A program made the translations under genes and the position numbers. A DNA stretch of 64,000 nt from contig OZ245002.1 in the NCBI GenBank assembly GCA_965223415.1, forward strand, positions 4,288,001 through 4,352,000. The letters are read 5' to 3'. Positions 7,464-17,594 of the stretch are shown in pieces. The notes beneath the pieces were generated by a model. It worked only from the letters and a program-made list of their open reading frames with translations. It had not been told where the DNA came from and did no database searches. Position 1 is the first letter of the stretch. Each line of letters opens with the position of its first letter. Origin of the DNA: Myxococcota bacterium. GTDB taxonomy: Bacteria > Myxococcota_A > UBA9160 > UBA6930.

Positions 7464-10034
7464 ATGTTCGGCACGAAGAAGATCCGCTTCAAGAGCCTGC
7501 AGACCGAGCTCCTGGCGTGGTTCCTGGTCCTGGGCGCGCTTCCTCTCGTGACGGTCGGCGTGATCGGTTACCAGCGCAGCGCGCAGGCTCAGCTCGACAG
7601 CCAGGGCGCCTTCTTGCAGAAGCAGGCCCAGGACGCCATCGACAAGATCGATCGCAACCTGTTCGAACGCTACGGCGACGTGCAGGCCTTCGCCTACAAC
7701 CCGAAGGCCCAGGGAGACCGCGAGGCGGTGACCGAGGCCGCGAACTTCTTCACGATCAACTACGGGATCTACGACCTGATGGTCATCGTGGACGCCGAGG
7801 GGAGCGTCGTCGGCGCCAACACCGTCGACTGGGAGGGCAATACACTCGATACGTCGGTCCTCGTCGGCAAATCCGCCGTCGGTCTGGACTGGTGGGACGC
7901 GATCGCTGCCGGAAAGGTGGGCAAAGGCGAGACCTTCTACACGGAGCTCGCGGAGCATGACTGGGTCGGTCGGGTCTACCGCAATCGCGGTCTGGGCCTG
8001 CTCTACGCGGCACCGATCTTCGACGAGGCGGGCACCGTTGCTGGGGCCTGGGCCAACTGGGCCTCCGCCGATCGGGTGGTCGCGGCGATCATGACCGAGA
8101 CCCGGGACAATCTGGCCAAGGTCGGCGTGACCACCGCGGAATCGCAGGTCCTCACGAAGAGCGGCCAGCTCGTGGATGCCCCGGACGTCGATTCGATCAT
8201 GAGCGACGTCAACCTGGTCGAGCTGGGCGTCGCCTCCGCGGAGAAGGCCGTCGGAGAGGAGACCGGCTACCTCCTCGAAGACCCCGAGCGCATCGGGAGC
8301 GAGGTGCTCACCGGCTACGCCCACTCCGAGGGGGCCCTCGGGTTCGCCGGATACGACTGGTCCGTGTTGATCCGCCAGGACGCTTCGGAGGCCGCCGCGG
8401 CAGCCACCGCTCTGCGCGACTTCACGATGATGCTCATCGCGGGGTCGCTCCTGGTGATCGGGTTGCTGGCGCTGCGCATTGCCCGCGGAATCGTCGGCCC
8501 CATCAATCACCTGAAGAACGGCACCGAAGCCGTGGCGTCCGGTGAGCTGGACGTCGAGCTCGACATCGACGTCGACAACGAGATCGGCGCCGTCGCCCGA
8601 TCGTTTCGTACCGCCGCCGCGGCAATGGCGGGTGCCCTCGGCTCAAGCTCCGTGGATTGGACGGAGATCGGCAAGAAGCAGCGGCAGGCGGCGAGGACCC
8701 ACTCGATGGTCCAGAACGTGCCGGTCAACATGGTTTTCGCCGATCAGGACTTCAACGTGCGCTACATGAACCCCGCTTCCTTCGAGTCGCTGAAGCAGGT
8801 TCGGGAACACCTGCCGGTGTCCGCCGACGAGATCATCGGAATCAACATCGACGTGTTCCACACCCAGCCTGAGAAGGTTCGCTCCATCCTCTCGGATCCC
8901 AATCGGCTTCCCCACTCGACCCAGATTCAGATCGGCCCGGAGATGGTGCAGCTCTCCGCATCGGCCATTCTCGACGATGACGGTGAGCTAGAGGGCTATC
9001 TGGCCTCGTGGTGGTTCATCACCGAGAAAGTGAAGAACGAGCGCGAGGTCCAGGAGGCCGCCGAGCGCGAGCAGCGGATGGCCGAGGACCTGCGGGCCCG
9101 GGTCGACAGGATGCTCCAGATCGTCAACGCCGCGAGCGCCGGCGATCTGACTCAGGACCTGAGCGTCGAGGGCGACGACGCGGTAGGGTGCATGGGCCAG
9201 GAGCTGGCGCGCTTCTTCGCCGACCTGCGCCAGAACATCGCCTCGATCGGCGAAAACGCCTCAGCCCTGGCCTCCGCCGCCGAGGAGCTCACGGCCACCA
9301 GCCAGGAGATGGGCGCCAACGCCGAACGGACCTCCCAGCAGGCCGGCGTGGTGTCCTCGGCGTCGGACCAGGTGAACGACAACGTGCAAGCCGTGGCGAC
9401 GAGTACGGAGCAGCTCTCGGCCAGCATTCGCGAGATCTCCCGCAATGCGTCGGAGGCGGCGCAGATCGCGACCCAGGCCGTCACCGTCGCGAGCAACACC
9501 AACGCATCTGTCGCGAAGCTGGGCGAAAGCAGTGTCGAGATCGGCAACGTCATCAAGGTGATCAACTCCATCGCGGAGCAGACCAACCTGCTGGCTCTGA
9601 ACGCCACCATCGAGGCCGCGCGGGCCGGCGAGGCGGGCAAGGGCTTCGCCGTCGTCGCCAACGAGGTGAAGGAGCTCGCCAAGCAGACCGCCGACGCGAC
9701 CGAGGACATCAGCCAGAAGATCGAAGCCATCCAGGGCGATACGGGCGAGGCCGTGCAGGCGATCGGGCAGATCAGCGACGTGATCAACCAGATCAACGAC
9801 ATCTCCAACACGATCGCCAGTGCCGTCGAGGAGCAGACCGCCACCACCGGTGAGATCACACGGAGCGTGCAGAACGCGGCGGAGAGCACCGAGGAGATCA
9901 GCCAGAACATCATGGAGGTCGCCCGGGGCGCCGACGGCACGAACGCGGGGGCAGGCGATACCCAGCGAGCGGCCCGGGAGTTGGCGAAGATGGCGGAGGA
10001 GCTGCAGACCCTGGTCGGGCGCTTCACGTACTAG
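7464..10034 (+). CDS. Methyl-accepting chemotaxis protein (TM-dCache-like-TM-HAMP-PAS-HAMP-MA)
   Basis: Two TM segments, [13 protein letters not shown]ache start, PAS with INIDVFH, signalling hairpin [45 protein letters not shown] before ATG 7464. Confidence 0.95.
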   Translation: MFGTKKIRFKSLQTELLAWFLVLGALPLVTVGVIGYQRSAQAQLDSQGAFLQKQAQDAIDKIDRNLFERYGDVQAFAYNPKAQGDREAVTEAANFFTINYGIYDLMVIVDAEGSVVGANTVDWEGNTLDTSVLVGKSAVGLDWWDAIAAGKVGKGETFYTELAEHDWVGRVYRNRGLGLLYAAPIFDEAGTVAGAWANWASADRVVAAIMTETRDNLAKVGVTTAESQVLTKSGQLVDAPDVDSIMSDVNLVELGVASAEKAVGEETGYLLEDPERIGSEVLTGYAHSEGALGFAGYDWSVLIRQDASEAAAAATALRDFTMMLIAGSLLVIGLLALRIARGIVGPINHLKNGTEAVASGELDVELDIDVDNEIGAVARSFRTAAAAMAGALGSSSVDWTEIGKKQRQAARTHSMVQNVPVNMVFADQDFNVRYMNPASFESLKQVREHLPVSADEIIGINIDVFHTQPEKVRSILSDPNRLPHSTQIQIGPEMVQLSASAILDDDGELEGYLASWWFITEKVKNEREVQEAAEREQRMAEDLRARVDRMLQIVNAASAGDLTQDLSVEGDDAVGCMGQELARFFADLRQNIASIGENASALASAAEELTATSQEMGANAERTSQQAGVVSSASDQVNDNVQAVATSTEQLSASIREISRNASEAAQIATQAVTVASNTNASVAKLGESSVEIGNVIKVINSIAEQTNLLALNATIEAARAGEAGKGFAVVANEVKELAKQTADATEDISQKIEAIQGDTGEAVQAIGQISDVINQINDISNTIASAVEEQTATTGEITRSVQNAAESTEEISQNIMEVARGADGTNAGAGDTQRAARELAKMAEELQTLVGRFTY

Positions 10035-10062
10035 GGGCGCCTGGTCCTCCGAGAGGCATCCG

Positions 10063-12390
10063 ATGTCTGACATGGCTGACGACGAGCTGATCCAGGAATT
10101 CCTGGTCGAGAGCTACGAAAACCTGGACGAGCTGGACGAGCGCTTCGTCGAGCTGGAGTCGGATCCGGGCAACGTGGAGACGCTCTCGGCGATCTTTCGC
10201 ACGATTCACACGATCAAGGGAACGAGCGGTTTCCTCGGGCTCGGCAAGCTCGAGCGGGTGACTCACGTCGGAGAGAGCCTGCTGAGCCGCCTGCGCGACG
10301 GCGCGCTAGTTCTCAGCGAGGACACGATCACGGCGCTCCTCAGCCTGGTCGACGAAGTGCGCCGAATTCTCGGGCAGGTCGAGACCGATGGCCGGGAGGG
10401 TGACGAAGACCACGCGGAGCTGATCGCGCAGCTCGAGGCGCTGCTCAGCGGTGAAGCGCCGGCGGCTGCAGAGCCGATGCCGCGGCAGAACGTCGGCGAT
10501 ATCCTCGTGCAAACGACGGGCGCCACTCCCGAGGACGTGGCCCAGGCCGCCGCCGAGCAGAGCGAGGGGGATCCGCGCCACCTGGGGGAAATCCTCGTCG
10601 CGAAGGGCAAGATCGAGCCGGATCAGGTACGCGACGCCCTCGAGGCCCAACAGGTCCAGGCGCGCACCACCAGCGGCCACTCCTCAGCGACCGAGAAATC
10701 GATCCGTATCGATGTCGGACTCCTCGACCAACTAATGAACCTGGTCGGCGAGCTGGTGCTGGCCCGCAACCAGATCCTCGAATACTCGGAGTCGAAGCTG
10801 GACGGTGCGTTCCTGAACACGAGCCAGCGGCTCAACCTGGTCACGACCGAGCTGCAGGAAGCCGCCATGAAGACCCGCATGCAGCCGATCGGCAACGTCT
10901 GGTCGAAGTTTCCGCGGGTCGTTCGGGACCTCTCGAAGGGCTGCGGGAAGGCCGTCGGCCTCGAAATGTCCGGCAAGGAAACGGAGCTCGATCGGACGAT
11001 CCTGGAGGCGATCAAGGACCCGCTGACCCACCTGATCCGCAATGCCGTGGACCACGGAATCGAGAGCGCCGAGGAGCGCGCCGCCCGGGGCAAGCCTGAA
11101 GAGGGACAGATCGTACTGCGCGCCTACCACGAAGGCGGTCAGGTCAACATCGACATCGAGGACGACGGGGGGGGTATCGATCCCGACGTGATGCGGGAGA
11201 AGGGCGTTCGCAAGGGCGTTGTCCCGGCGGATCACGCCGCCGCCATGAGCGAGCGCGAGGCAGTCAACCTGCTCTTCCTTCCCGGCTTCTCGACCGCCGA
11301 GAAGGTGACCAACGTGTCTGGCCGCGGTGTGGGCATGGACGTGGTCAAGTCGAACATCGAGCGCATCGGCGGGGTCGTTGACGTCGTCAGCCGAGTCGGT
11401 GCTGGAACGACGTTCAAGCTCAAGATCCCGCTCACGCTGGCGATCATCCCAGCCCTCGTGGTGACCTCTCTCGGCCAGCGCTTCTGCATCCCCCAGGTGA
11501 GCCTCGTCGAGCTTGTTCGGCTCGAAGGGCGCGAGGCGGAGCTGGGTGTCGAGATGGTCCACGGTGCTCCGGTCCACCGCCTGCGCGGAGACCTGCTCCC
11601 GCTGGTCTACCTGAACGACGTGCTCGGCCTGCCGTCGTCGCGGGAGGGGTCCGACGAGGAGCACCAGGGGAAACTCAACATCGCCGTATTGCAGGCCGAG
11701 GGTGGTCGCTTCGGCCTCGTTCTCGACGCGGTCAACGACACCCAGGAGATCGTGGTCAAACCCATCGGGAGCCAGCTGAAGGAAGTTCGGGAGTTCGCCG
11801 GCGCGACGATCATGGGGGACGGGCGCGTGGCTCTCATCCTCGACGTGGTCGGATTGGCCGAGCGGGCCCAGATGGCCTCAACGGCCCAGGGAGCGCAGGC
11901 CTCCGACGCGGCGGGTTCCGACCACGCCGAGGAGGGCGGTGGGCGCTCGCGATCACTGCTTCTGTTCAAGGCCGGCGACGACACGCGCATGGCGATTCCG
12001 CTCTCGACGGTCGCCCGGCTCGAGAGCTTCCCGCTGCAGCGGGTCGAGGCTCTCGGCGGGCAGGCCGTGATCCAATACCGCGAGCAGATCCTGCCGCTGG
12101 TCCGCGTCGAGGACTTGGTGGCGGGTCGCGTGTTCTCGGGTGACCTCGGGCATGCGGAGCCTGGGGAGGGCGCAACGATCTCGGCTGTCGTCTACTCGGC
12201 GGAAGGTGGGAGCCTCGGCGTCGTCGTGGAGGACATCCTGGACATTGTGGAGGAGCAGCCCCCTGCCGGAGGCAGCGACACCGAGGGCGCCGAGGGCCTG
12301 GTGATTCACGGCCGCGTTACCGAGCTCATCGATCTGGCCGACTCGATCGGTCGCGTCCTCCCGCAACTCTCAGCGGCGATCGAGGCCTGA
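10063..12390 (+). CDS. cheA: Chemotaxis histidine kinase CheA with two C-terminal CheW-like domains
   Basis: HPt IFRTIHTIKGTSGF, dimerisation LDQLMNLVGELVL, HLIRNAVDHG, DDGGG, GFST, SGRGVGMDVV. Confidence 0.96.
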   Translation: MSDMADDELIQEFLVESYENLDELDERFVELESDPGNVETLSAIFRTIHTIKGTSGFLGLGKLERVTHVGESLLSRLRDGALVLSEDTITALLSLVDEVRRILGQVETDGREGDEDHAELIAQLEALLSGEAPAAAEPMPRQNVGDILVQTTGATPEDVAQAAAEQSEGDPRHLGEILVAKGKIEPDQVRDALEAQQVQARTTSGHSSATEKSIRIDVGLLDQLMNLVGELVLARNQILEYSESKLDGAFLNTSQRLNLVTTELQEAAMKTRMQPIGNVWSKFPRVVRDLSKGCGKAVGLEMSGKETELDRTILEAIKDPLTHLIRNAVDHGIESAEERAARGKPEEGQIVLRAYHEGGQVNIDIEDDGGGIDPDVMREKGVRKGVVPADHAAAMSEREAVNLLFLPGFSTAEKVTNVSGRGVGMDVVKSNIERIGGVVDVVSRVGAGTTFKLKIPLTLAIIPALVVTSLGQRFCIPQVSLVELVRLEGREAELGVEMVHGAPVHRLRGDLLPLVYLNDVLGLPSSREGSDEEHQGKLNIAVLQAEGGRFGLVLDAVNDTQEIVVKPIGSQLKEVREFAGATIMGDGRVALILDVVGLAERAQMASTAQGAQASDAAGSDHAEEGGGRSRSLLLFKAGDDTRMAIPLSTVARLESFPLQRVEALGGQAVIQYREQILPLVRVEDLVAGRVFSGDLGHAEPGEGATISAVVYSAEGGSLGVVVEDILDIVEEQPPAGGSDTEGAEGLVIHGRVTELIDLADSIGRVLPQLSAAIEA

Positions 12391-12393
12391 CCT

Positions 12394-12846
12394 GTGGAAC
12401 CGCGTCGCTACTGCACCTTCTACCTGGCGGATCTTCTCTTCGGCTTGCCAGTCGAACGCGTGCAGGAGGTGATCCGCGCCCAGCCGATGACGGCCGTACC
12501 GCTGGCGCCGACAGCAATTCGGGGCCTGATGAACCTTCGCGGCCAGATCATCACGGTGCTGGAGTTGCGCCGGCGCCTGGAGTTGCCTGATCGCGATCCC
12601 GACCGGGAGCCGACCAACGTCGTGGTCCAGGCCGAGGAGGGAGCGATCAGCCTGCTCGTCGATCGCATCAGTGACGTGCTGGAAGTGGGGGACGAGGCCT
12701 TTGAGCCGCCGCCCCAGAACTTGCACGGCGAAGCTCGAGAGCTGATCCGAGGTGCCTACAAGCTGGAAGGCCGGCTCCTTCTGGTGCTCGACATCGAGAA
12801 GACCCTCGAGATCGGCAGGCGGCGCGCGGGCTCCCGAGCAGCCTGA
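12394..12846 (+). CDS. cheW: Chemotaxis coupling protein CheW
   Basis: VQEVI...VPLAP..IRGLMNLRGQII. Confidence 0.94.
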   Translation: MEPRRYCTFYLADLLFGLPVERVQEVIRAQPMTAVPLAPTAIRGLMNLRGQIITVLELRRRLELPDRDPDREPTNVVVQAEEGAISLLVDRISDVLEVGDEAFEPPPQNLHGEARELIRGAYKLEGRLLLVLDIEKTLEIGRRRAGSRAA

Positions 12847-13994
12847 TGGTGCTTCCCCGGGGCGAGCGCCCCCACGCGCGTGTTCGCAGAAAGATCGGAG
12901 TCCTGGTTGTCGACGACTCGGTCGTCGTCCGGCGGATCCTTCGCAACGCCATCGAATCCGATCCCGAGTTCGAAGTGGTCGGGACCGCGGCCAACGGCCG
13001 GGTCGCCGTCGCCCTCGTCCAGAGCCTCCGTCCGGACGCCATCACCCTCGACGTGGAGATGCCGGTGATGGGCGGCATCGAAACGTTGAAGGAGCTGCGC
13101 AGGCGGAGGCTCTCACTTCCGGTCGTGATGTTCTCGACGCTCACAGAGGCGGGCGCTCGAACGACCATCGAGGCGCTCTCGCTGGGTGCCAGCGATTATG
13201 CTCCCAAGCCCTCCCAGACGGACCCGGAAGCCTCCGCCGAGGAAGTGCGAAGGACACTTCTGCCCAAGCTGAAGGCCCTCTGTCGGCAAGTGCCCCCGCC
13301 CTGTCGGCGGCGGGCGCCCGCGCCCTCGTCGCCGCCTCCCAGCGATCGCGGTCGTTCGCCCATCGCGAGGTCGCCCGCCCTGGAGCTGGTCGCGGTGGGG
13401 GCCTCGACGGGCGGGCCCAACGCGCTCGCTCACCTGCTGCCGGCACTACCCGACCGCTTCCCCGTCCCGGTCGTAGTCGTGCAGCACATGCCTCCGGTGT
13501 TCACCCGTCTCCTCGCGGAGCGCCTGGACAGCAGGACCGCGCTCCGCGTCGTGGAGGGCTCCGCGGGAGCGCTCCTCGAGCCGCGTACGGTGTACGTGGC
13601 ACCCGGCGGCTTCCACATGACCGTCGCGCGCAAGGGGCCGCGACTCGCACTGGCTCTCGACCGGAAGCCCCCCGAACATGGCTGTCGGCCCGCGGCCGAT
13701 CCCCTGTTCCGATCCGCTTCAGCGACGCTAGGCGCCGGCGCGCTCGGCGTGGTGCTCACCGGCATGGGGCGCGACGGCTGCGACGGAGCGAGGGCGCTGG
13801 TGGAGGCCGGCGCGAAGGTCGTCGCGCAGGACGCAGAGAGCTCCGTCGTGTGGGGGATGGCCGGGAGTGTCGTCGAGGGAGGGCTGGCGGAAGCGGTCCT
13901 GCCGCTGTCCGAGCTGGCCGGCGAGATCGTCCGTCGCGTGGAGGCCGGCCGGCCCCAGCACCCTCGGGTGCGCCCGGAGGCAAAGGCGGGATGA
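12846..13994 (+). CDS. cheB: Chemotaxis methylesterase CheB
   Basis: Receiver VVDDS/LDVEMP plus catalytic GASTGG, QHMP and TGMGRDG. Confidence 0.95.
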   Translation: MVLPRGERPHARVRRKIGVLVVDDSVVVRRILRNAIESDPEFEVVGTAANGRVAVALVQSLRPDAITLDVEMPVMGGIETLKELRRRRLSLPVVMFSTLTEAGARTTIEALSLGASDYAPKPSQTDPEASAEEVRRTLLPKLKALCRQVPPPCRRRAPAPSSPPPSDRGRSPIARSPALELVAVGASTGGPNALAHLLPALPDRFPVPVVVVQHMPPVFTRLLAERLDSRTALRVVEGSAGALLEPRTVYVAPGGFHMTVARKGPRLALALDRKPPEHGCRPAADPLFRSASATLGAGALGVVLTGMGRDGCDGARALVEAGAKVVAQDAESSVVWGMAGSVVEGGLAEAVLPLSELAGEIVRRVEAGRPQHPRVRPEAKAG

Positions 13995-14818
13995 AGTCGG
14001 ACGAATTTCGTTTCCTCTCCGAGCTCGTCCATGATTTCTCCGGCATCGTTCTCGACGAAGGGAAGCGCTACCTGGTGGAGTCGCGCCTCGCTCCTTGCCT
14101 CCCGGAGCACGGAATTCGCAGCTTCGGAGAGCTCGTCGCCCGGCTCCAGGAGCCGGGCCGACAACTCCTCGCAGAGCTGGTGGTGGACGCGATGACTACC
14201 AACGAGACGCTCTTCTTCCGAGATCCCGCAATGTTCGACGCGCTCCGGAACCAGGTGCTGCCTCGTCTCGTCGTGGCCCGGGACTCGGCGAAACAGCTTC
14301 GGCTCTGGTGCGGAGCGTCGGCGACAGGTCAGGAGCCCTACAGCATTGCGGTCACGATCCGGGAGGCGTTTCCCGAGCTTGCGTCCTGGGACGTGACGCT
14401 CCTGGCGACGGACCTCTCCCGCAGCGCGCTCGCTCGAGCCGAGGAAGGGGTCTACTCCGATCTCGAGGTCCGGCGGGGCCTCGATGAGGAGCTGCGCGAC
14501 AGGTACTTCATCGCCAGGGACGGACGATGGGTCGCTCGCCAGGAGATCCGGCGTCTGGTGACCTTCCGCAACCTGAATCTCGTGCACCCGTGGCCGAACC
14601 TCGGCGACTTCGACGTCGTCTTCCTCCGCAACGTCCTGATCTACTTCGACGCCGAGACGAAGAAGGGCGTCATGCAGCGCGTGCGCAAGGTCGTGCGGCC
14701 GGACGGATATCTGTTCCTGGCCGCGACCGAGAACCCACCTGGCGCCCAGTGCGACTGGGTGCGAGAGCCGTGGCGCGGTGCGGGCTGTCTCTCTCCTCGA
14801 ACTCGCGGGGACAGGTAG
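13991..14818 (+). CDS. cheR: Chemotaxis methyltransferase CheR
   Basis: TTNETLFFRD, SATGQEPYSIA, FLRNVLIYFD; ATGA overlap with cheB. Confidence 0.95.
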   Translation: MKSDEFRFLSELVHDFSGIVLDEGKRYLVESRLAPCLPEHGIRSFGELVARLQEPGRQLLAELVVDAMTTNETLFFRDPAMFDALRNQVLPRLVVARDSAKQLRLWCGASATGQEPYSIAVTIREAFPELASWDVTLLATDLSRSALARAEEGVYSDLEVRRGLDEELRDRYFIARDGRWVARQEIRRLVTFRNLNLVHPWPNLGDFDVVFLRNVLIYFDAETKKGVMQRVRKVVRPDGYLFLAATENPPGAQCDWVREPWRGAGCLSPRTRGDR

Positions 14819-14908
14819 CTCGGGTGAAGGACTGGGGCGGCATGGGGGAGAGCCCCGGGGAACCCGTTTCGCGCAGGCGAGACCGACGGCGAACCAGCCG
14901 ATTCGCGT

Positions 14909-14936
14909 TCACGTTCACGCTTCGAGGGGCCGAAGA
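14909..14936 (+). promoter_or_regulatory. Sigma28 (FliA/SigD)-like promoter upstream of cheY
   Basis: TCAC-N16-GCCGAAGA. Confidence 0.45.
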
Positions 14937-14973
14937 CGGTGTTGACCGCTGCGACCTGGAGAGGAGAGAACGC

Positions 14974-15330
14974 ATGAAGGTCCTCTTGATCGACGACTCG
15001 GGCGTGATGCGCAAGATGATCACTCGCGCGCTCCGTCAGAGCGGGGTCGACGTGGAGAGCGTGAGCGAGGCTGGCAACGGCAAGGAGGGCCTGGAGGTCC
15101 TCGCCAAGGAGACGTTCGACTTCGTCATCTGCGACTGGAACATGCCGGTGATGAACGGCCTCGACTTCGTGAAGAAGGCTCGCGAGAGCGACGAGACGCC
15201 GATCATGATGCTCAGCACTGAGGGGACCGGGGACAAGGTCCAGGAGGCCATGGACGCCGGCGCGAACGGCTACCTCACCAAACCCTTCACTCCCGAGAAG
15301 CTCGAAGCGAAGATCAACTCGATCGTCTAG
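14974..15330 (+). CDS. cheY: Single-domain response regulator CheY
   Basis: IDDS, CDWNMPVMNG, YLTKPFT; GAGGAG RBS. Confidence 0.93.
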   Translation: MKVLLIDDSGVMRKMITRALRQSGVDVESVSEAGNGKEGLEVLAKETFDFVICDWNMPVMNGLDFVKKARESDETPIMMLSTEGTGDKVQEAMDAGANGYLTKPFTPEKLEAKINSIV

Positions 15331-15340
15331 GGAACGGATC

Positions 15341-15925
15341 ATGCCGAAAGATCCTCACACCAATGTCGCCAGGCTCACCCACCGGATGCTCTCCGAAGTC
15401 GCTGACGACTGGCAGGAGATGCTCGGCATTCAGCTCGCGACGGAGCTGTTCGGAGTCTGCACCGGCTCCGGGGACGCAATGGCCAAGGCCGTGCCCGGAA
15501 GAGTCGTCGTGATCGAGACGCAGATCACCGGCGACGCCGAGGGCTCGGTGCATTTCGTCTTTACGGAGGTGTTCGCGGCGCGCGTGGTCGGGACGATGGT
15601 GATGCTCCCCGAAAGCACCATCAAGGAGAAGGAGGAGAATGGCCTCGAGGAGTCCGATCTCGAGGCCTTCCAGGAGATGGCGAACCTGCTCTGCGGCACC
15701 TGCAACAACCTCTTCCAGAAACTCGGGCGGAAGATCCGCGTGAGCCAGGCCGTGGAGGACCTGAAGGTCCACTGCCTCGAGCTGCCCGGCGACGGGCTCT
15801 TCCCCGTCGGCGACCTGGTGGGCGTGAGGGTGGAGTGCATTCTCGACGGGCGGACCTTTCCCGCGATGCAGGTCTTCGGGGCCGAGCTGGGCAGCGCGTT
15901 GAGCAAGCGCGTTCCGGTGAGCTAG
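15341..15925 (+). CDS. CheX/CheC-like chemotaxis phosphatase
   Basis: EAFQEMANLLCG (E-x2-N motif) and position after cheY. Confidence 0.65.
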   Translation: MPKDPHTNVARLTHRMLSEVADDWQEMLGIQLATELFGVCTGSGDAMAKAVPGRVVVIETQITGDAEGSVHFVFTEVFAARVVGTMVMLPESTIKEKEENGLEESDLEAFQEMANLLCGTCNNLFQKLGRKIRVSQAVEDLKVHCLELPGDGLFPVGDLVGVRVECILDGRTFPAMQVFGAELGSALSKRVPVS

Positions 15926-15927
15926 GC

Positions 15928-16719
15928 ATGCCCGTCGGCGAGGCCTTCGGCAGCCGCGGCGATCCGCGCATCGGCGCGGACCTGCCGGTGCGGCTGTACT
16001 CCAGCAGCTTCAGCGGGCCTCTCGCGGCTCGGACCCGGGACCTCTCGGTGGGTGGCGCCTGCCTCGCCACCGATTCGCCGGTCGCGCCCAAGTCCATCCA
16101 GCGCGTGGAGATCCAGCTCGACGGGGACTGGCTCGCCCTGGACGCCCAGGGCCGCTGGCAGAGCGTCGAGGCCGGGGACGACGTGGTGATGACGGGCGTC
16201 GAGTTCATGGAGCCGAGCGACGAGGCTGTCGACCGGCTGTGGGACGCGGTGCTCGAGGGGGGCAAGCGACTGGCGCGCTTCCTCTACGTCGGCTCGGACC
16301 TGCGGCCGCTCGGCGTCGACGGCGCCATGGGTCTCTCGCAGATCACGCGCGTGCGCAACCTCCCCGCAGGCCACACCCTCTACCGCCAGGACAAGGACCC
16401 GGAGAACTCCGAGTCGATCTTCGTGGTCGAGAAGGGGACGGTGATCCTCCAGGTGCGCGCTCGTGGTGTGCGGGAGGTGCCGATCGACAAGGTGGGCAGC
16501 GGCCAGGTCTTCGGCGGCCTCTCGATGCTGGCGGGTGTTCCGCCCAGCGAGTCCGCGATCACCGAGACCGACGCCGTGCTCCTCGAGTTCGACGCGCGGG
16601 GCTACCAGTACCTGGCGCGCAACAAGCCCTGGCTCGCCCAGGAGCTCGGCCAGATCGTCACGACCACCTACGTGCGGAGGCTGCACCGAGTGCTCGAACG
16701 GGTGCGCGACCAGCTCTAG
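15928..16719 (+). CDS. PilZ + cyclic-nucleotide-binding-like domain protein
   Basis: PilZ RGDPR and DLSVGG; C-terminal cNMP fold (LYRQ..SIFVVEKGTV...GQVFGG). Confidence 0.82.
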   Translation: MPVGEAFGSRGDPRIGADLPVRLYSSSFSGPLAARTRDLSVGGACLATDSPVAPKSIQRVEIQLDGDWLALDAQGRWQSVEAGDDVVMTGVEFMEPSDEAVDRLWDAVLEGGKRLARFLYVGSDLRPLGVDGAMGLSQITRVRNLPAGHTLYRQDKDPENSESIFVVEKGTVILQVRARGVREVPIDKVGSGQVFGGLSMLAGVPPSESAITETDAVLLEFDARGYQYLARNKPWLAQELGQIVTTTYVRRLHRVLERVRDQL

Positions 16720-16748
16720 GCGGCCGCGAACCGCTAGGGTAGGAGGCC

Positions 16749-17594
16749 ATGCGCCCCGCCTCGCTCCTCGTCGGCCTCGCGATCCTGGCGACGGCGTCTC
16801 TCGCTGCGGAACCGCTCGCCGGGGAGGCGCGCCTCCGCTTCGTGCGCGACGGTGCCCTCGTGGCGGCGCCGGGCGTGGCGGCGCTTCGGGCCGCCTGCAG
16901 CGAGCGCACCCTCGAGGTTGGTACGGATCCGTACTACGGCGTGGCGAAGCGCTTCCGGGTGTGCCCGCTGCGCGAGGTGCTTGCCCTGGGCTTCGGCGAC
17001 GCGGAGGCCCTGGCGGAAGAAGGCTTCCTGCTGCGGGCCCTGGACGGCTACACGCGTTCGGCAGAGGGCAGCCAGCTGCTCGATCCAGGCGCCCACCTGG
17101 CCTTCGCCGACGCGGATCGGCTGGCCCGGGGCGAAGCGGGCTTCGACCCGATCGACCGCCGGCAGGTGGATCCGGCGCCCTTCTATCTGGTGTGGGAGCG
17201 GCCCGAGCAGTGGGACGCCCACGCCTGGCCCTGGCCCTACCAGCTGGCGACCATCGAGGTGGCGAGCTTCGCCGATCGCCACCCGCACACGGTGCCGAGC
17301 GGCGCCGAGCCCGGCTCCGCCGAGGCGCGGGGCTACGGGCTCTTCCAACGGGAGTGCGCCCACTGCCACGCGATCAACGGCGAGGGCGGCAAGGTCGGCC
17401 CGGAGCTGAATGTGCCCCGCAACATCCTCGAGTACCGGTCCGAGCCCCAGCTCCGGGCGTTCATCCGGGATCCCCAGAGCTTCCGCTACACGAGCATGCC
17501 CGCTCATGGGCACCTGTCCGAGGCGGACCTGGACGCGTTGCTCGCCTACCTGCGACAGATGGGCAGCCAAAAGCACGACCCGGGGACGCCGTGA
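16749..17594 (+). CDS. Exported monoheme cytochrome c fused to a molybdopterin-oxidoreductase-like N-terminal domain
   Basis: Signal peptide, ALDGY motif, CAHCH, distal TSMP Met. Confidence 0.78.
   Translation: MRPASLLVGLAILATASLAAEPLAGEARLRFVRDGALVAAPGVAALRAACSERTLEVGTDPYYGVAKRFRVCPLREVLALGFGDAEALAEEGFLLRALDGYTRSAEGSQLLDPGAHLAFADADRLARGEAGFDPIDRRQVDPAPFYLVWERPEQWDAHAWPWPYQLATIEVASFADRHPHTVPSGAEPGSAEARGYGLFQRECAHCHAINGEGGKVGPELNVPRNILEYRSEPQLRAFIRDPQSFRYTSMPAHGHLSEADLDALLAYLRQMGSQKHDPGTP

Noticed and set aside
7262..15925. Chemosensory operon as a horizontally acquired island
   Set aside because: Codon usage looks slightly less GC-biased by eye, but I cannot quantify it, and there is no integrase, tRNA or flanking direct repeat.
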